Shown here one piece after another: positions 52,025-63,133 of a stretch of 64,000 bases of DNA. Origin of the DNA: Spirochaetia bacterium (GTDB lineage: Bacteria > Spirochaetota > Spirochaetia > SZUA-6 > Bin103). Below the pieces are notes generated by a model, which saw only the letters and a program-made list of their open reading frames with translations, ran no database searches and was not told the origin of the DNA. Numbering within the stretch: the stretch's first letter is position 1; each line of letters begins with the position of its first letter. The position numbers and the translations under genes were made by a program. The stretch lies in assembly GCA_965198005.1 (NCBI GenBank), contig CBDAOI010000004.1:1248001-1312000 (forward strand), in the 5' to 3' direction.

Positions 52025-53056
52025 TCAGCCGAGCGGCGACTCGGCCGCGGCCTTCCGTTCGCGTATTCGCGTCTGCGCCCGCGCGCGCATCTTCGCGTGC
52101 GCCTCTGACGTGCCGTCGTGGAAGCTGCCGAACAGCTTGTCCAGGAACATGTCCTCGTCGGAGGCGTAGTTGCACTCGAAGTAACGGTGGTGCAGGTAGT
52201 GGAAATAGCTGCCGTAGCGCAGGGCGGCCTGCTCGTGGCCGAGCTCGATATGCGAGAAGCCGCTATGCCCCGCAGCGGGTCCGAGGCCGGCGTACTGCAG
52301 GTGGAAGATGGCGTGCAGCGGATGCGACGGGACGATCAGGTGCACGAACATGTAGCTGAAGTAGATCAGGCTTTCGATGGGATGCATCGAGATGCCCGAC
52401 CACGGGCCCACGTTGACGTTGCGGTGGTGGACGTAGTGGGCGGCCTTGTACAACGGCTTCCAGTGCATCAGCCGGTGGACTACGTAGAAATGGGCGGCGC
52501 GGAAGAACGGGATCGCCAGGAACAGGAGCACGAATCCAACCGGGTTGGTCCGGAACGCCATGAACGGAAGCAGGTCGTTGGCGTAGGCCCAGAGGGTGAA
52601 CACCTCATAGGCCGACCAGATCCCGCCGCCGCTGACGATGCTGTAGAACACGTTGTCGGCCGTCTGGCCGCCGAGGAAGAACGCTCGATTGTTCTTGGTC
52701 AGCCAACGGTTGTTGAACTTGTAGCGCATTCCCTGGGCTCGCTGAAGGTGCAGGCGCACGTGAAAGATGCTGTACCACAGGGTGATCAGGCCGACATTCC
52801 GCAGGAGTATCAGCGCGATCCAGCCCGGCCGGAGGGTGGCCATCGTCTCCAGGGGCGGCGTCAGGAAGAACCAGGTCGCGGCGGCCACGCCAAAGATCAG
52901 CGCATTGTGAGGCCACAGGTAGCCAGGAAACCCGAACAGCCACCTGAGGAAGGGGACGAGTTGAAACGGCCATCGTGGGAACGCGGGCAGCTCGATGCGC
53001 GCTACCGGCTTCCAGTTGCCCTGGGCGTCCCTACCCGGAAGGTCAGCGTACTCCAT
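52025..53056 (-). CDS. sterol desaturase/fatty acid hydroxylase family
   Basis: His boxes HRLMH, HYVHH, HSG and HYLHH; TM segments. Confidence 0.9.
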   Translation of the reverse strand: MEYADLPGRDAQGNWKPVARIELPAFPRWPFQLVPFLRWLFGFPGYLWPHNALIFGVAAATWFFLTPPLETMATLRPGWIALILLRNVGLITLWYSIFHVRLHLQRAQGMRYKFNNRWLTKNNRAFFLGGQTADNVFYSIVSGGGIWSAYEVFTLWAYANDLLPFMAFRTNPVGFVLLFLAIPFFRAAHFYVVHRLMHWKPLYKAAHYVHHRNVNVGPWSGISMHPIESLIYFSYMFVHLIVPSHPLHAIFHLQYAGLGPAAGHSGFSHIELGHEQAALRYGSYFHYLHHRYFECNYASDEDMFLDKLFGSFHDGTSEAHAKMRARAQTRIRERKAAAESPLG

Positions 53057-53096
53057 GGGCCGACGATAGCTCCCCTGTCTCCCAGCGTCAAGCGTG

Positions 53097-53154
53097 CGTT
53101 TCCCACCAGCGGGCGGCCATCGTCACCGAAGACAACGCTCGCGGTGCGCCGGAC
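53097..53154 (+). repeat. 58-bp exact direct repeat of the Uma2-internal sequence at 55065-55122
   Basis: CGTTTCCCACCAGCGG...GCGCCGGAC is identical at both sites. Confidence 0.9.
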
Positions 53155-53219
53155 GGATCGTTACTTGATTTATTTCGTTTAACGGGGTATCCATTAACAT
53201 CGAGTAAAGTTAAGTTACG

Positions 53220-54449
53220 ATGGACCGTCGTTACAACCCCTACGCACCTGGCGCCGGCTTGCAGCCGCCGGAACTGGCCGGCCGCGACCGGCTGATCGAG
53301 GATGTCACCACCGACATGGAGCGTGTGCTCGCGCGGCGTCCCACCAAGGGCCTCGTTCTGCTGGGCTTGCGCGGAGTCGGCAAGACCGTGCTGCTCAATC
53401 GACTGCGCGCGTTTGCGGACGACAAACGCTTCCAGACGGCCAAGATCGAGGCCCCCGAAGGTGGCGCGCTGCCGTACCTGCTGGCCCCGGAGTTGCGGCG
53501 CATCCTGTATGCCCTCGACCTGCGTCAGGCAGGTGGCCGGCACCTGCGACGAGCCGTAAACGTGCTGCGCGGGTTCGCGAACGCATTCAAGGTGAAGATC
53601 GGAGACATCGAGTTCAGCGTCGAGCCCGCGCCCGGTGAGGGCGACAGCGGCAATCTCGAACAAGACCTGCCGCGGCTGTTGATGGCGGTGGCAGAAGCCG
53701 CCGCAGAGCGGCGCTCGGCCGTAGGCCTGTTCATCGACGAAATCCAGTACCTCTCCTCGGTCGAACTGGCAGCCGTAGTCGTGGCGTGTCACGAGACTGC
53801 CCAACGAAACCTGCCGTTGCTGTTCATCGGCGCCGGCCTGCCGCAGGTGGCCGCGCTTGCAGGCAGGGCCAAATCCTACGCCGAGCGGCTGTTCGACTAT
53901 CCGGAAGTCGGACCACTGGATTCCGATGCGGCCCGCGCAGCCATCGTGAAACCGGCCCAGAAAGAGGGTGTCTCGTTCGACGCCGACGCCGTCGATGCCA
54001 TCCTGAGAGCCACCCGGAACTACCCCTACTTCATCCAGGAGTGGGGATTCCAGGTGTGGAATCGCGCGCCGTCGAGTCCGATCGCAAGAGCAGCGGTGGC
54101 GGCCGCGACTCCGGACGTGATCGCCCACCTGGACGGCAACTTTTTCCGCGTCCGCTTCGATCGCTTGACGGTCTTGCAGCAGAAATACCTGCGCGCGATG
54201 GCTGAGCTCGGACCGGGGCCGCACAAGACCGGCGAGGTCGCCGCCACCCTGGGCGTCGGCGCAGCCTCGGTGGCGACCGTCCGACAACAACTGGTGAACA
54301 AGGGCATGGTCTGGAGCCAGCGGCACGGCGAGACGGCGTTCACCGTGCCGCTGTTCGACAGCTTCATGAAACGACAGATGCCGACACTCGAAAAGCACGT
54401 GCCCGTCCGCCGCCAACGATCCACGCACCGACGCACGGATCGCTCATGA
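53220..54449 (+). CDS. AAA (AAA_16-type) ATPase with winged helix
   Basis: NPYAPGAG..LAGR, GLRGVGKT, FIDEIQ, YPYFIQ, FTVPLF. Confidence 0.88.
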   Translation: MDRRYNPYAPGAGLQPPELAGRDRLIEDVTTDMERVLARRPTKGLVLLGLRGVGKTVLLNRLRAFADDKRFQTAKIEAPEGGALPYLLAPELRRILYALDLRQAGGRHLRRAVNVLRGFANAFKVKIGDIEFSVEPAPGEGDSGNLEQDLPRLLMAVAEAAAERRSAVGLFIDEIQYLSSVELAAVVVACHETAQRNLPLLFIGAGLPQVAALAGRAKSYAERLFDYPEVGPLDSDAARAAIVKPAQKEGVSFDADAVDAILRATRNYPYFIQEWGFQVWNRAPSSPIARAAVAAATPDVIAHLDGNFFRVRFDRLTVLQQKYLRAMAELGPGPHKTGEVAATLGVGAASVATVRQQLVNKGMVWSQRHGETAFTVPLFDSFMKRQMPTLEKHVPVRRQRSTHRRTDRS

Positions 54450-54634
54450 ACGCGGTGGTAGACACCAGCATCCCGGTGGAAGTCGAACGCCGGGGCCGGC
54501 TGCTGAGAATCGTAGCCGAGGAGCGGGGATCGAAGTGGGACCGGCTCACCGAGCATCAGATCGTCGTCGGCGATCCCGACGAGTTCGTGCACATCGACTG
54601 GTCCCACGAGTGGTGCGGCAACCGTACAGCCTGA
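54446..54634 (+). pseudogene. Phd-like antitoxin, 5'-truncated
   Basis: PVEVERRGRLLRIV..SKWDRL..IVVGDPDEFVHIDWSHEW. Confidence 0.5.
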
Positions 54635-54720
54635 ACATGTTCGGCGACGCGCTACGCGATCTGCTCGATCCCCGGCTGCACGGCGGCGCGGGCCGTCTCG
54701 ACGCCGGCCACGGCGGCTGA
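54624..54720 (+). pseudogene. orphan dppC 3' end
   Basis: YSLNMFGDALRDLLDPRLHGG..*. Confidence 0.8.
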
Positions 54721-54842
54721 TCAGCTTATCAGTTCCCGACCCGGCAGGTGAGGCCGGGCTCGCAGGGAACGATCGGCCGCATCGGCCGCCTGACGGCTCG
54801 ACGATGCCATGGATTGGCGCTATCCTGGTCAGAGGGGGGTGC

Positions 54843-55335
54843 ATGGTTACCCTACCGGAATGCACCGGAAGACAAGCGTTACGAGCTGTTGGACGGGGAG
54901 TTGGTCGTGTCTCCAGCACCGAAAGAGATACATCAGCGCGTGCTTGGCTACCTGCACGTGGCGTTGTCGCTATTTGTAAGCGAGCACCGCCTGGGACGAG
55001 TGTACCTGTCGCCCTTCGACGTGGTGCTGACCGACACTGACGTGGTGCAACCCGACCTGCTGTTCGTTTCCCACCAGCGGGCGGCCATCGTCACCGAAGA
55101 CAACGCTCGCGGTGCGCCGGACCTGGTCATCGAGATACGGTCCCCCTCCACGGCCGACCGCGACCTCACGTTCAAACGCTCGTTGTATGCCCGGCACGGC
55201 GTGTCCGAGTATTGGCTGGTCGATACTGACGCGCGCACGATCGAGGTGCTGGCTCTGGGCGAGCATGACTTCGAGCGGGTGGAGCGCTATGAGAAAGGGC
55301 GGCGCCTGACCGTAGACCCCGGCACCGCCGTCTGA
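54843..55335 (+). pseudogene. Uma2-family endonuclease with a damaged 5' end
   Basis: RYELLDGE..SPAP..HQ..QPDL..PDLVIEIRSPST..GVSEYWLVD; the ATG at 54843 is out of frame with the body. Confidence 0.78.
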
Positions 55336-55340
55336 CGCGG

Positions 55341-57110
55341 TTACCTCCGCACGGCATCGTAGAACACCATCTCCCAGCCGTGGAACACCGCGATCAGGCC
55401 GATGAAGCGCACCCCCGGGAACTGCCGCGCCAGCCGCTCCTCCGCCAGATACCGCTCGAGTTGCGCCGTCGCCTCTCCGACCGCCGCCGCCACGCCGGCC
55501 TCGTTCGCCGACTCGCTACGCTGAAAGCGCCCACGGCGATTAAGGTACTTGAGCTCGATCAGGTAGCCCCGCTGCAGGTGCGGATAGCGGGCCACCAGCG
55601 GCTCCAGGCAGATGTCCGCGTGTCCCTTTCCCAGCTCCGCCTCCGAGCGGAACACGTAATAGTCGGTCACGCTCAGATAGGCGGCCAGAAACCCCTGGAT
55701 CACCTTCTCCCCGCCGATGTAGTCGCGAATCCCCGTCTGCCGCGCGATAGCGTCGCTCAGGAACTCGAACGCCGGTCGCCATTCGCCCCGGTTGGCCATC
55801 CCCATCATCAACTGCTCGAACCGGAACAGATTGACCGAGAACACCCCCACGTCGCGGTAGCCATCGCGCAGGAAGCCGTACATCAACCGCTTCACGGTCT
55901 GGTTCGGGATCGCCAGCCGGGGCACCCGATCCACCACGTCGCGGATGCTCAGCAACCCGAAGTAGTGCAGCAGGGAGAGAAAGTTCTCGGGCTTGGTGAG
56001 GTCCTTCAGCGGAAAGCCGGGCTGGATGCGGGTGTCCACCTGCTCCTCGCCGATCACGTCCCGCAGCAGGTCGAAGTTGCCGTTGAGCTGCCGGCCGGTC
56101 ACCAGCAAATGGCGCAGCTTGCCGTAGTCGATGCGCACGTTGGTGTCGATCAGGTAGGTCGGCACATCTCGATTCGGAATAGAATGCTTCAGGTAGTAGA
56201 GCACCATGTCGGTGTTGTACAGATCGGTCTCGGCTTCCTCGGCGAAGCGGTAGCCGTTGTACCACTGGCCCATGATGCCCATGGCGGTCGCGACCTCCTG
56301 GTTGAACACGCCCAGGTCCCGGTAGGTCTCGACCAAGTGCCGGACCTCCGGCTCGGTGAAGCCGACCATCTCGTTGAAGTCGGGCTCCAGGCTGATGTTG
56401 GTGCCGATGTTGAAGCCGCTGGTCACGTCGTCCATCGTGATCGGCGACACGCCGGTGATGAACAGCCGCTCCAGACCGCCGCCGGTGCGCCCCGCCCCGG
56501 ACTTCAGGGTGGCGAAGAAGTTGCGGTAGAAGCCACCGCCGTGGGTAAAGGAGTGGTACGCATCCGCACTGTGGTACGCGAGCACGGTGTTGGCGAAGTT
56601 GTCGTACTCGTCGATGATCACGTACAGGGGGATGTCATGGTCGCCCGCGTACCGGAACAGCTCGGATAGCTTGGTGGCGATGGAGGGCGGCGCGAGGATC
56701 CGCCGCCGCGCCGCTTCAGGAAACAGGTCGGGATGCCGCTCCAGCGTGCCCCGGAGCTCTATGAGGCAGTAGGTCTCGAACTCCCGCTCCAAGGTCTCGA
56801 GCTTGTCGTTGACGGTTGAAAAGTCGAAGCGCAGGGTTACGTAGCGGCTTTGTTCCCCGGTCGGGTCCTGGCCGATGTCGGTGCCGGCGAAGGTGGCGTC
56901 GAAGTCGCCGGCCCAGAAGCGGTCGTAGTAGTTCTCCAGCACCGACACCCACAGCGACTTGCCGAAGCGGCGCGGGCGGATCAGAAAGGCGTAGCGCTCC
57001 TCCTCCAGACGCCGCAGGAAGCGGGTCTTGTCGACGTACAGCCACCGGTTCCGGCGGATGCGCTGAAAGTCGGCCTCGCCGTAGGGGATGCGCGGGTGGT
57101 CGGATGGCAT
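55341..57110 (-). CDS. AAA-ATPase-like + PD-(D/E)XK nuclease domain protein
   Basis: IPYG..YVDKT..RPRRFGKS, IIDEYD, ITGV, WYNGY, GHADI..LIELKY. Confidence 0.9.
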   Translation of the reverse strand: MPSDHPRIPYGEADFQRIRRNRWLYVDKTRFLRRLEEERYAFLIRPRRFGKSLWVSVLENYYDRFWAGDFDATFAGTDIGQDPTGEQSRYVTLRFDFSTVNDKLETLEREFETYCLIELRGTLERHPDLFPEAARRRILAPPSIATKLSELFRYAGDHDIPLYVIIDEYDNFANTVLAYHSADAYHSFTHGGGFYRNFFATLKSGAGRTGGGLERLFITGVSPITMDDVTSGFNIGTNISLEPDFNEMVGFTEPEVRHLVETYRDLGVFNQEVATAMGIMGQWYNGYRFAEEAETDLYNTDMVLYYLKHSIPNRDVPTYLIDTNVRIDYGKLRHLLVTGRQLNGNFDLLRDVIGEEQVDTRIQPGFPLKDLTKPENFLSLLHYFGLLSIRDVVDRVPRLAIPNQTVKRLMYGFLRDGYRDVGVFSVNLFRFEQLMMGMANRGEWRPAFEFLSDAIARQTGIRDYIGGEKVIQGFLAAYLSVTDYYVFRSEAELGKGHADICLEPLVARYPHLQRGYLIELKYLNRRGRFQRSESANEAGVAAAVGEATAQLERYLAEERLARQFPGVRFIGLIAVFHGWEMVFYDAVRR

Positions 57111-57277
57111 GATCACTGCGGTACCCTGGACGCTGACTCTATCGTTTCCAAGGCGCGTGAGGCAATGGAGCGCGGTAGTCTCGGTCAGTCGAGACGGTCG
57201 CTCGGTAACGCCAGAGACCATGCACACCGATGCACCGGCACCGCGGACTGGCCGCCATGGTCGGACGAGGCAGGCCC

Positions 57278-58277
57278 GTGGGTGACGTATCACCGCTGAC
57301 GCCGGCCGGCGCCGAGCCGGTCGCGGGGGCGGCCGGCGGCGGCCGGGCAGGCCGGGCTGAGGAAGTTCTGCGCGCGGCTGGTGCGCGAGCAGCCGCTGGG
57401 GACCGCTGGCGGCATCATCATCCTGCTCCTGGTGCTGGTCAGCATCTTCGCCGATTCGCTGGCGCCCTACCGCTACCAGGAGATCCACCTGCGCGACCGC
57501 CTGCAGGCCCCCTCGGCCGCGTACTTGCTGGGCACCGACCACGTCGGGCGCCACCTGTTGAGCCGCCTCATCCACGGGGCGCGGCTGTCGCTGACGGTGG
57601 GGCTGGCCGCCACCGCGCTCACCGTCGTGGTGGCGGTGCTGATCGGCGGCACCACCGGCTTCATCGGCGGCCGGCTGGACCTGGTGACGCAGCGCTTCGT
57701 CGACGCCTGGATGGCGTTCCCGGGGCTGCTTCTGCTGCTCACCATCATGTCGATCGCCGGCCGCGGCATGCTGCAGATGATCGTGGTGCTGGGGGTGTCG
57801 GGCGGCATCCCGGCCTCGCGGGTGGTGCGCGGCGCCGTGCTGGCGGTGAAGGAGAACGTCTACTTCCAGGCCGCGCAGGCGATCGGCAGCTCGCGCCGGC
57901 GGTCGCTGCTGCGCCACGTGCTGCCCAACATCGCCGCGCCCATCATCATCATCTTCAGCATCAACGTCGGCGGGGTGATCATGTCGGAGGCGGCGCTGAG
58001 CTTCCTGGGGTTCGGTTTGCCACCGGACACACCGAGCTGGGGCGGCATGCTCAGCCGCGAAGGCCGGCAGTACATGGAGATCGCGCCGCATCTGGCGCTG
58101 TGGCCGGGGGTGTGCCTGACGGTGGTGGTGTACAGCCTCAACATGTTCGGCGACGCGGTGCGCGATCTCCTGGACCCCCGCCTGCGCGGCCAGCTCGGGC
58201 GCTACGGCGCCGGCAGTGGCCGGCGGGCCGACGGCTCACCGTCAAGCTCTCCCACCGAGCCGGGCAGCCCGGCGTAG
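57278..58277 (+). CDS. DppC-like permease; +4-nt frameshift near 57335 relative to its paralog (may restart at GTG 57381)
   Basis: Near-identical to 61437-62396. Confidence 0.8.
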
Positions 58278-58364
58278 TCACGGAAGCAACAGCGTTCCGA
58301 GCGTTCCGGGTAATGCTTGCCGGAACGCGTGGCGTTCGCTACCATCGGATGAGCGAGCGTACCT

Positions 58365-59120
58365 ATGGCCGAAGGCAACGGACACCGTGAACCCGCGACC
58401 CCGCAGGAGATCTGGGCGATTCTCCGCGAGGTCTCCGCAATGCAGCAGGAGACTGCACGCCGTACGCAGGACACCGACCGGCAGACTGCACGCCGTCAGC
58501 AGGAGGCCGACCGGCGGCAGCAGGAGGCCGACCGGCGGCAGCAGGAGACCGACCGCCAAATGCAGGAGACCGACCGGCGGTTGCAGGAGACTGATCAACT
58601 GCTCACGCGGCAGACACGGGCCGCCGACCGGCGCATGGACAAGCTGGAGGAGCTGTTCAACGGGCAGTGGGGCAAGCTGATGGAGTCCCTGGTGGAAGGC
58701 GACCTCGTAGCACTCCTCCAGCAGCGGGGCATCGCGGTGCAGCACACGGTAACCAACCCGCGGCAGAACTACGGTGAGCGGCGCTGGGAGTTCGACCTCG
58801 TGGCGATCAACGGCGAACAGGTCGTGGTGGTGGAAGTCAAGACTAGCCTGAGGGTGCCGGACGTCGATCGATTCATCGGGCGGTTGGACGAGTTTCCGGA
58901 ACTGATGCCCGAGTACGCCGAGCGGCGGATCTACGGGGCGGTTGCGTATCTGAAGGCATACCAGGAGTCGGAGGTGCGAGCAGAGCGGCTGGGCCTGTTC
59001 GTGATTCGCGCCACCGGCAGCAGCGCCAGCATCACCAACCGGGAGGGGTTCACGCCGCGCGCGTTCGGTCACCGACTGACCTCAGCGCCCGGCGGGTCGG
59101 CCGTGGGGCAGACGAGGTGA
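58365..59120 (+). CDS. coiled-coil heptad repeats + PD-(D/E)XK nuclease-like domain (DUF3782-like)
   Basis: QETDRR repeats (21-bp units, about 58443-58600), WGKLME, EFDLVA..VVEVK. Confidence 0.8.
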   Translation: MAEGNGHREPATPQEIWAILREVSAMQQETARRTQDTDRQTARRQQEADRRQQEADRRQQETDRQMQETDRRLQETDQLLTRQTRAADRRMDKLEELFNGQWGKLMESLVEGDLVALLQQRGIAVQHTVTNPRQNYGERRWEFDLVAINGEQVVVVEVKTSLRVPDVDRFIGRLDEFPELMPEYAERRIYGAVAYLKAYQESEVRAERLGLFVIRATGSSASITNREGFTPRAFGHRLTSAPGGSAVGQTR

Positions 59121-59302
59121 GACATGACGGTCAGGAGCCGCCAGAGCCGTAGCGCCGCTAGCGCCGTGCCGCGTCGCAACAAAGGTTACCCGCCCGTAGC
59201 GCTCGGGCTGAGGGCGCCGCGCGCGCCAGTTCGCCTGCACCACCGCTACCCCGTCTGCCTGGAAACCGCACCGCCGGCGTTGCCGGTCACTGACATTCGC
59301 TG

Positions 59303-59489
59303 CGTCGCCGACCACCGCCCCCAGCGGAGCTTCGGGATCAGGTGCGCGCACGCGTTCACGGAGGTGGCCGATGCGGAACTGATTCACTGATTCGGACTCC
59401 GGGCTGGCGTCCCTCGCTTTCCGGCACCTGCCATTGCGGGTGTACTGCGAGAGTGGGCGAGGGATGGGCAGTGGCATCAGCACTCTCGA
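59303..59489 (+). promoter_or_regulatory. conserved structured 5' leader of dppA (copy 2)
   Basis: Homologous to 42549-42734. Confidence 0.45.
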
Positions 59490-59498
59490 GCATTTAGG

Positions 59499-60392
59499 GA
59501 CCCCACCACCGGCAAGATGGTGACCGCGCCGGAGTATGGCGGGACATTGACCTATCCCTTCCAGAATAAAGATGTGACCACGGACCCCTTTCTGACTGGC
59601 CACCTTCCGGCCCACCTCATCGGTAGCGTTAATGAGAGGATCGCCTGGGGTAACTGGGGAATAGATAGAGACGAATTTGACTTCAGAACTACTTACCTCC
59701 CTGATTTTGCCATAACCGGGCAGTTGGCGGAGAGTTGGGATACGCCCGACCCACTGACTTACATCTTCCACATCCGCCAGGGGGTACACTGGGCCCTTGA
59801 TCCAGACAGTGAGGCCAGCCGGCTCGTAAACGGTCGCGAGCTAACCGCCGATGACGTGGTCTATTCCTTTCAGCGGAATCTCGGTAGGGGTGACTTCACC
59901 GAATCCTCCGCCAGGAAATACGATGCGTCCAACCTGCCTGTTCATGCCCGAAGAAGCAACCCGTGTATCGGCCCTACGCACGGGCGAGGTTGATATAATA
60001 CACGGCGCCGGCGGCGGCACTGCTATAAAGATCCTTGACGTTGTAAGGAGCCTCCAGCGTACCGACCCCCACATCGAGGTGAGTAACTATTTCCAGCGCT
60101 CGGATTTCGTCGAGGTTATGAACGTGCGCAAGCCACCCTTTGACGACATCATGGTTCGGCGCGCAATGCAGATGGCGCTGGACGTCGAGACGATTAACGA
60201 TGTCTATTTTGGCGGTTTTGGAAAGTGGGAACCATTTCCCGAAGAGTATCTCGGCACTGCGTACGGGTAAGATTGATATAATACAACACGCCGGCGTCGC
60301 TGACATAGGAAACATGGACGTGATAAGGAGCCTCCAGAGGACCAACCCGGAAATCGAGGTGTACAGTTACTACCAGCGGGCGTTTCAGGTCT
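59499..60392 (+). pseudogene. DppA remnants from at least two paralogs
   Basis: DPTTGKMVTAPEYGG..; the SALRTG..RSLQRT block occurs twice in diverged form; signal peptide deleted. Confidence 0.8.
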
Positions 60393-60395
60393 TTG

Positions 60396-61265
60396 GTCCC
60401 CGGCGACGTCATCGATATCATGGCCGGTCGCACGGCATTCGTGGGCGGCCAGGTCGACCGCGCGACCATCGAACAGCGGCTCGGCCTGGACCTGCCGATC
60501 CCCGTGCAGTACGGCCGCTGGATCGGTGGCATCCTCCTGCGCGGCACCCTCGGCGAGTCGCTGCTGGGCGGCTGGCGGATCGAGGAACGCATGCTGGGAC
60601 GGCTGCCGGTCACCGCCGAGCTCGGGCTGCTGGCGATCCTCATCGGCCTGGTCATCGCGCTGCCGGTGGGCATCTACTCGGCGATTCGCCAGTACACCGC
60701 CGCCGACTACGTGGGACGGTCGGTCGCCATCATGGGGCTGGCCACGCCCAACTTCTGGCTGGGAACGATGGTGATGATCTACCCCGCCATCTGGTGGGCG
60801 TGGTCGCCGCCGATGGAGCTGGTGCCGTTGGCCCAGGACCCGTTGGGCAACCTCGGCATGTTCCTGATCCCCAGCCTGATCCTGGGAACTTACCTGGCGG
60901 CCAGCACCATGCGCATGACGCGCACCATGATGCTGGAGGTGCTTCGGCAGGACTACATCAGGACCGCCTGGGCCAAGGGGCTGCTGGAGCGGTCGGTGAT
61001 CCTGCGCCACGCGGTCAAGAACGCGATCATCCCGGTGGTGACGCTGGTGGGCATGCAGCTCCCGATCCTGGTGGGCGGCTCAGTGATCATCGAGAACATC
61101 TTCAACCTGCCGGGGCTGGGGCGGCTGATGCTGGACGCGCTCAACGAGCGCGACTACCCGGTAGTGTCGGCGGTGAATCTGTTCTTCGCCGCGGTGGTGG
61201 TGGTGGTCAACCTGCTGACCGATCTGCTGTACGCGTTGCTGGACCCGCGGATTCGCTACGAATGA
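60396..61265 (+). pseudogene. DppB-like permease lacking its first TM segment
   Basis: Begins at VPGD; 3' two-thirds near-identical to 45330-45983. Confidence 0.8.
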
Positions 61266-61436
61266 GTCGGCACGGTCACACCGTGACCCGAAACACCATG
61301 AAAACGGCGCATGGGGCAGTGCGCCGTGGCCGCCGCTTGCGGTCCAGTCGGCACGGTCACTCGGTAACGCCAGAGACCATGCCAACCGATGCACCGGCAT
61401 CGCGGCCTGGCCGCCATGGTCGGACGAGGCAGGCCC

Positions 61437-62396
61437 GTGGGTGACGTATCACCGCTGACGCCGGCCGGCGCCGAGCCGGTCGCGGGGGCGGTTTCGGTTC
61501 GGCAGGCGGGGCTGAGGAAGTTCCTCGCGCGGCTGGTGCGCGAACAGCCGCTGGGGACCGCCGGCGGCATCGTCATCCTGCTCCTGGTGCTGGTCAGCAT
61601 CTTTGCCGATTCGCTGGCGCCCTACCGCTACGAGGAGATCCACCTGCGCGACCGCCTGCAAGCCTCCTCGGCCGCGTACCTGCTGGGCACCGACCACGTG
61701 GGGCGCGACCTCCTGAGCCGCCTCATCCACGGGGCGCGGCTGTCGCTGACGGTGGGACTGGCCGCCACCGCGCTCACCGTCGCCGTTGCCGTGCTGATCG
61801 GCGGCACCACCGGCTTCATCGGCGGCCGGCTGGACCTGGTGACGCAGCGCTTCGTCGACGCCTGGATGGCGTTCCCGGGGCTGCTGTTGCTGCTCACCAT
61901 CATGTCGATAGCCGGCCGCGGCATGGCGCAGATCATCATCGTGCTGGGGGTGTCGGGCGGCATCCCGGCCTCGCGGGTGGTCCGCGGCGCGGTGCTGGGC
62001 GTCAAGGAGAACGTCTACTTCCAGGCGGCGCAGGCAATCGGCAGCTCGCGCCGGCGCTCGCTCTTGCGCCACGTGCTGCCCAACATCGCGGCGCCGATCA
62101 TCATCATCTTCAGCATCAACGTGGGCGGCGTGATCATGTCGGAGGCGGCGCTGAGCTTCCTGGGGTTCGGACTGCCGCCGGACATCCCGAGCTGGGGCGG
62201 CATGCTGAGCCGCGAGGGCCGGCAGTACATGGAGATCGCGCCGCACCTGGCGCTGTGGCCGGGGGTGTGTCTGACCGTGGTGGTGTACAGCCTCAACATG
62301 TTCGGCGACGCGGTGCGCGACCTGCTGGACCCCCGCCTGCGCGGCCGGCTCGGCCGCTACGGCGCCGCCGCCACGGTGCGGCCCAAGGCCACCTGA
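61437..62396 (+). CDS. peptide ABC permease, DppC-like
   Basis: Full-length, with canonical motifs. Confidence 0.9.
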   Translation: MGDVSPLTPAGAEPVAGAVSVRQAGLRKFLARLVREQPLGTAGGIVILLLVLVSIFADSLAPYRYEEIHLRDRLQASSAAYLLGTDHVGRDLLSRLIHGARLSLTVGLAATALTVAVAVLIGGTTGFIGGRLDLVTQRFVDAWMAFPGLLLLLTIMSIAGRGMAQIIIVLGVSGGIPASRVVRGAVLGVKENVYFQAAQAIGSSRRRSLLRHVLPNIAAPIIIIFSINVGGVIMSEAALSFLGFGLPPDIPSWGGMLSREGRQYMEIAPHLALWPGVCLTVVVYSLNMFGDAVRDLLDPRLRGRLGRYGAAATVRPKAT

Positions 62397-62481
62397 CCCC
62401 GAGCGTCGACACTGAGTGGGTTGACCCGCGCCGGTATTGCAACGTATTCTCTGCGATGCTAAGAGGCGCTACAGGCAGGCC

Positions 62482-62727
62482 ATGGAAACGTCAAAGACCG
62501 TCACGGTGAGACTTAAGGACTCGGTGTACCAACGGCTTCGTACGCTCGCGGAACGAGACAACCGCCCGCTCTCCAACTTCATTGAGACCGCGACTCTTCG
62601 CTACCTTGAGCAGGAAGAGTACGCCGACGAGTTCGAGGCGCTAGAGATAGAAGGAAATGAACCGCTGAAGGAGAGCATTGAACGAGGCCTAGCCGACGCA
62701 AGACGCGACCGTGGCCGCCTCGTCTGA
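62482..62727 (+). CDS. CopG/RHH antitoxin
   Basis: SKTVTVRL..LAERDNRPLSNFIETA..SIERGLAD. Confidence 0.85.
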   Translation: METSKTVTVRLKDSVYQRLRTLAERDNRPLSNFIETATLRYLEQEEYADEFEALEIEGNEPLKESIERGLADARRDRGRLV

Positions 62728-63001
62728 TTATCGAGTCTTCGAGACAGACGAGTTCCTGTCGAAGCTAACTGCGCGTCCCGGTAAGTACTCGCAGCGTGTA
62801 CGCGCCAAGCTCGAGTCCTACGTTTATCCGCAATTGCGGACGCAGCCATTCTATGGCACCAACATCAAGAAGGTCCGCGGTTTCAGCTCCGATGTCTGGC
62901 GCTATCGGGTCGGCGACCTTCGCATCTTCTACACCGTCGACGAGAGCAAGAGGGTCGTGGCAATCGTCACCATCGAGCACCGCAAAGACGCCTACCGCTG
63001 A
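62711..63001 (+). CDS. RelE/ParE toxin
   Basis: NIKKVRG..WRYRVGDLRIFY..IEHRKDAYR. Confidence 0.88.
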   Translation: MAASSDYRVFETDEFLSKLTARPGKYSQRVRAKLESYVYPQLRTQPFYGTNIKKVRGFSSDVWRYRVGDLRIFYTVDESKRVVAIVTIEHRKDAYR

Positions 63002-63133
63002 TGCCGAGTCCCGCGGAAACTGCGCTGCAGCAGTTTCGCCGCGCGGCGCAGGCGCCGCGGCAATGCGCGCTTGCGAGCGCGCGCGTGGTAGTGCATGCTA
63101 TGGATAGCAGTTGCGCGCCAAGGAGCACTAATC

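Noticed and set aside
55341-58091. 916-aa ORF
   Set aside because: The N-terminal 327 aa are antisense to dppC and intergenic DNA; the real start is 57110.
26842-58600. CRISPR array from short repeats (26842, 29409, 37624, 42141, 46563, 58443)
   Set aside because: All are head-to-tail repeats without unique spacers, and most are in-frame coding repeats.
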